From Meyerozyma guilliermondii (lineage: Eukaryota): 64,000 nt of DNA. Location of the stretch: positions 1,116,001-1,180,000 of the forward strand of contig CP128817.1 in assembly GCA_051546255.1 (NCBI GenBank), written 5' to 3'. The notes under the pieces are model-generated. The model was given only the letters and a program-made list of their open reading frames with translations, did not search any database and was not told where the DNA came from. This document shows positions 60,685 through 64,000 of this stretch, piece after piece; position 1 is the first letter of the stretch, and every line of letters begins with the position of its first letter. Position numbers and translations under genes: made by a program.

Positions 60685-63045
60685 ATGTCAACAGTGCCAA
60701 GCGGTCGTAAGAAATCGGTCAAAGACTACCAATTTGGCACTCGTATAGGTGAAGGGTCATACTCCACCGTGTTTTCAGCCATTGACTTGCAAACCAATCG
60801 TACTTTTGCCATCAAAGTGCTTTCAAAGCGCCATATAGTCAAGGAAAACAAAATCAAATATGTCAATATTGAAAAGACAACTTTACATCGACTTGGACAG
60901 CAACATCCAGGAATTGTTCAGCTCTACTATACTTTTCAGGATGAATCCAGCTTGTTTTTCGTGCTCGACTTTGCAGAGTATGGAGAGCTTTTGTCTATCA
61001 TACGCAAATTCGGATCACTCTCCGAGGCAGTGCTGAAGTTTTACATGTGCCAATTGCTTGATGCCGTGAAGTTTATCCACCTGAAGGGGGTGATCCACAG
61101 AGATTTGAAGCCAGAGAACGTGTTGGTCGGCCACGACTTCAACTTGAAGATTACTGATTTCGGTGCCGCCAAGCTTTTAGGAGAAGAGGACGACAATGAG
61201 GAGAAAATCGAATACAATGATATCCATTCAAATGGTTCACCAAATGTCAACACTTCTGTGGACGATTCGAGAAAAGGTTCTTTCGTTGGAACGGCAGAAT
61301 ACGTATCTCCTGAACTTCTCAAGCACAACATATGTGGATTCGAAGCCGATGTGTGGGCTTTGGGTTGTATCTTGTATCAGCTTTTCCACGGCCAACCGCC
61401 ATTCAAGGGTTCTACTGAATATCTCACATTTGAGAAAATCATAAATGTGGACTATTCTTACAGACAAGGTTATGTACTTCCGCCTGATGTCACTTCGCTC
61501 ATTGATCAAATTTTGGTAGCAGATCCATCATCCCGCCCCTCGTTGCAAACCATAATGGGAGCAAGATGGTTTTCGAATGTGTTATGGTCTGATCGCAATT
61601 ATATCTGGGGTAGAAAAGTTCCACGCTTCGAGCCATATTACCCACCAGGAACGGCACCAGCACCTACCAATTACCTGTACATGCCACCGAGTCGTAATAT
61701 GAACAAGTCTTCTTCATACCAACAATTGCATTCTCAAATCCATGCTTCAGACTTGAACTTGGTTCCCATGGGAAAGAAAACATATCAGCCTGCTACAAAG
61801 ATTAAAAAAAACGTTTACAATCATTTACCTCAAAACTCACCTATACCTTTGAAACCTACAAATGCAATGGGTGTCCCCACGCCTGTTCTTGTCAACAACA
61901 ATTCTCCACCAAAGGTTGCTGGACCACCGCCTCCTCGTTCGGTGCCTATTACGCCCTCAGTTCCGACCGATTCTTCAATGCAAATGCTGCCCAGAACTCC
62001 AGATATTGGCAAATATCCACCGGTCAAGACCGCCAGTCCACAGCAACGTAATTTGCGAAACAATACAGCATTTGCACTACAAGGTGCTCCGCAGCCCATC
62101 CCTCCAAAACCCACCACGGTACCAGACCCCAGACCCCATCCAAGCCGTTCGTCATCAGCGGCCGCGGCTGCTGCTGCTGCGGGTGGAATAGTGCAACAAA
62201 GACTGCAACAGCCACCGCAACAGCAGCAACCACAATTGCCGCAACAGAATAAGAACTCACCCAAAGAAGCGGCTCCGCCAAAGTCAAAGAACAACGCGCG
62301 GGCCGCGTCACCCAAGAATAAACCGTCGGGAACTACTCTCTTGTTCAAAGAAGTTTCGAGTCTCTTAAGTCCCAATGAGAAAATCTTGAAACTTGATGTG
62401 GTTTTGAAGCTGCAACTCAGTAACAAGGTGATCAAACGTGATCAAAGAGAAGTATTGGACGATACAGTCATTGAAAAACTAGTTCGGAAATATGACTCTG
62501 AGCTTCAGAAAACCCTCAAACCAGTGGTTACCATAATTACCAATTTGGCCAGAGTCTTCTTCATTGAGAGTCTGTTGGATGTGATGATGGTTGATCTCAA
62601 GGCAAACAACGGCGGCGACTACCTGATGTACGACTATGAATTTGAAAGCATTGCTGTTGATGGAGATGAAGATGTTTTAAACGGCGAAGAAGTGTATGGA
62701 TATCTTATACTTGAATTGGTTCGTGAAGGTGGAGACTTGATCTTTTTGAAACGAATTGGACCAATGGATAAATTAAGTCTCAAGCAGCTGGTTTCCGTTG
62801 TGGATAAGAATGGGTCTCAAGTAACACTCGGAAAGGTCCATGGATGGATCGACTGCTTGTTGATTGCCAAAGACATGGTTGATAAACGGGAGGTGAGCAA
62901 AGAAGCACCCAAAAAGAAAAAGAAGAACAAAAAACCAACGGCCACCAATGTCACCATACTTCCCACCCGACCCTCGTCGTCGTCGTCTACATCTACGGCC
63001 AACTTTGCATATGCGGCTGCTGCTGCTGCTCACAGCAGAGACTGA
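60685..63045 (+). CDS. PKH3: PDK1-family Ser/Thr kinase (Pkh3-like)
   Basis: N-terminal kinase GEGSYSTV, KENKIKYVNIEK, HRDLKPEN, SFVGTAEYVSPELL; Pro/Gln/Ala-rich linker. Paralog assignment rests on the N-terminal kinase position. Confidence 0.8.
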   Translation: MSTVPSGRKKSVKDYQFGTRIGEGSYSTVFSAIDLQTNRTFAIKVLSKRHIVKENKIKYVNIEKTTLHRLGQQHPGIVQLYYTFQDESSLFFVLDFAEYGELLSIIRKFGSLSEAVLKFYMCQLLDAVKFIHLKGVIHRDLKPENVLVGHDFNLKITDFGAAKLLGEEDDNEEKIEYNDIHSNGSPNVNTSVDDSRKGSFVGTAEYVSPELLKHNICGFEADVWALGCILYQLFHGQPPFKGSTEYLTFEKIINVDYSYRQGYVLPPDVTSLIDQILVADPSSRPSLQTIMGARWFSNVLWSDRNYIWGRKVPRFEPYYPPGTAPAPTNYLYMPPSRNMNKSSSYQQLHSQIHASDLNLVPMGKKTYQPATKIKKNVYNHLPQNSPIPLKPTNAMGVPTPVLVNNNSPPKVAGPPPPRSVPITPSVPTDSSMQMLPRTPDIGKYPPVKTASPQQRNLRNNTAFALQGAPQPIPPKPTTVPDPRPHPSRSSSAAAAAAAAGGIVQQRLQQPPQQQQPQLPQQNKNSPKEAAPPKSKNNARAASPKNKPSGTTLLFKEVSSLLSPNEKILKLDVVLKLQLSNKVIKRDQREVLDDTVIEKLVRKYDSELQKTLKPVVTIITNLARVFFIESLLDVMMVDLKANNGGDYLMYDYEFESIAVDGDEDVLNGEEVYGYLILELVREGGDLIFLKRIGPMDKLSLKQLVSVVDKNGSQVTLGKVHGWIDCLLIAKDMVDKREVSKEAPKKKKKNKKPTATNVTILPTRPSSSSSTSTANFAYAAAAAAHSRD

Positions 63046-63131
63046 TAGAATATAATACACGACTCAGGACAGATAAGGTCTCAATGAGTAAATACAACGG
63101 TTTCTTTCCATAATTCGTTCATTCGCTATTT

Positions 63132-63626
63132 TCATTGGCTATTTAATCTTTTAAACTCCGCCATCCAGTCGTTAAAGTAGCACTTGTCGTTGAGCACATT
63201 CGATGTCTGTTCCCTGATAATTGACTCTACACCCTTTTCGTTTTCTACCCAGTTTTCAATTGTCTGGCACACTGAATACTGGCTCTCCAATTTGCGCTGG
63301 TATTCCTTGAGTACATACGGATCTAAAGTAAGATCAAAATCTGGTTTCTGTGCCGAGCTTCCTTGCTGATCCGTTTCGTGCCGAAGCTCAGCACCACGGC
63401 TTTCACAGTACTGGATCAACTCCTGTCTTGCTTTCCATTGCGGGGCGATCTTGGTACGAAAGTATGAATTGCACGAACCTGGTTTGATTTCGTTCAAATG
63501 TTGCCGTATGGTATCATCGGTAGCTATTCTCGAGAGACGTAAAAAAGCTCGGATTCGGGATGACGAAGTGCAGTTTTCAAGTGTGAAGAGTTGAGGTGGA
63601 GCAGGGCCTGTGTTCTGGCTCACCAT
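63132..63626 (-). CDS. MIX23: Mitochondrial intermembrane-space Cys-motif protein (Mix23/Cid2 family)
   Basis: C....RIRAFLRLSR..TDDTI.Q.LN, C..............W..R...I.YC, DPY, ENEKGVESIIRE.T..VL..KC; start at 63626 or slightly upstream. Confidence 0.8.
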   Translation of the reverse strand: MVSQNTGPAPPQLFTLENCTSSSRIRAFLRLSRIATDDTIRQHLNEIKPGSCNSYFRTKIAPQWKARQELIQYCESRGAELRHETDQQGSSAQKPDFDLTLDPYVLKEYQRKLESQYSVCQTIENWVENEKGVESIIREQTSNVLNDKCYFNDWMAEFKRLNSQ

Positions 63627-63752
63627 GGGTGAATCTGTTTGTGGTGCCTGATTGGTCCACATTAGCATCCAAGTGGTGGATCGATGTGGCGAGATTGATT
63701 CGCACTCGGATTCTCCAGACGCTTAGATAATTACACTTGCTGACGATTGGTG

Positions 63753-64000
63753 ATGGATCTCTGTCAGCAAACAGGTCCCGGACTCAAATATGCTTTCTGC
63801 TTGGCAGTTGTTGGTCGTCTTCAAGAACTACGGGCCCAGAACTACGAAAAATCTTACTTGTTAAGTCAGGCTGGATTTGTTCTTGAACAAAGAGTACTTC
63901 CAAAATACCATGATGAAGATACAAAAGCCAACAAAGAACGGTCTTTTGTGGATGTTTGTACGTCCTTGATGCTTCCTCCCCACTCCAGTGACGTGGAATG
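63753..64000 (+). CDS. Hypothetical protein, 5' part (runs off the right edge)
   Basis: ATG at 63753 opens a frame with no stop to the window end (MDLCQQTGPGLKYAFCLAVVGRLQELRAQNYEKSYLL...), divergent from MIX23. Confidence 0.45.
   Translation, partial: MDLCQQTGPGLKYAFCLAVVGRLQELRAQNYEKSYLLSQAGFVLEQRVLPKYHDEDTKANKERSFVDVCTSLMLPPHSSDVE

Noticed and set aside
61830..62435. 201-aa Cys/Ala/Gly-rich antisense ORF in the PKH kinase
   Set aside because: Reverse complement of the Gln/Ala/Pro low-complexity linker.
63784..64000. Minus-strand open frames at the right edge
   Set aside because: No recognisable family; the ATG-initiated plus-strand frame is at least as plausible.
1..64000. CRISPR arrays, prokaryotic defence systems, transposases or retroelement ORFs
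   Set aside because: Eukaryotic housekeeping region; no spacer-repeat arrays or RT/integrase/transposase motifs seen.

Overview
Eukaryotic, gene-dense budding-yeast chromosome segment. It uses the alternative yeast nuclear code (CUG=Ser), so it is CTG clade; Meyerozyma-like is my inference only. About 33 mostly conserved housekeeping genes: partial RNR1, ATP19 (two introns, absent from the ORF track), PRP3, TOM1, a thioesterase-like gene, an STP3/4-type C2H2 factor, ELO3/SUR4, ROM2, ARC18, two head-to-head ICMT (STE14-like) paralogs, FAD2, YHM2, SLY41, NHX1, NDC1, PET123, MUS81, SME1, an orphan ORF, RAD52, UBA3, a CLD1-like hydrolase, a secreted Yellow/major-royal-jelly (MRJP) protein, FET3, APM3, DPM2 (intron), SRO7/77, DIA4, an AGP/GNP-type permease, OCT1, a PKH3-like kinase, MIX23 and a truncated ORF at the right edge. 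I saw no tRNA, rRNA, transposon or CRISPR. I cannot demonstrate a new system. The best leads are: the divergent Yellow/MRJP + FET3 pair sharing a 2.6 kb spacer with iron-GATA/CCAAT sites; a structured, box C/D-bounded ncRNA candidate between ROM2 and ARC18; the ICMT pair whose start codons are 49 bp apart; and Stp-type motif clusters. Gene names come from recognising motifs, not from database searches.
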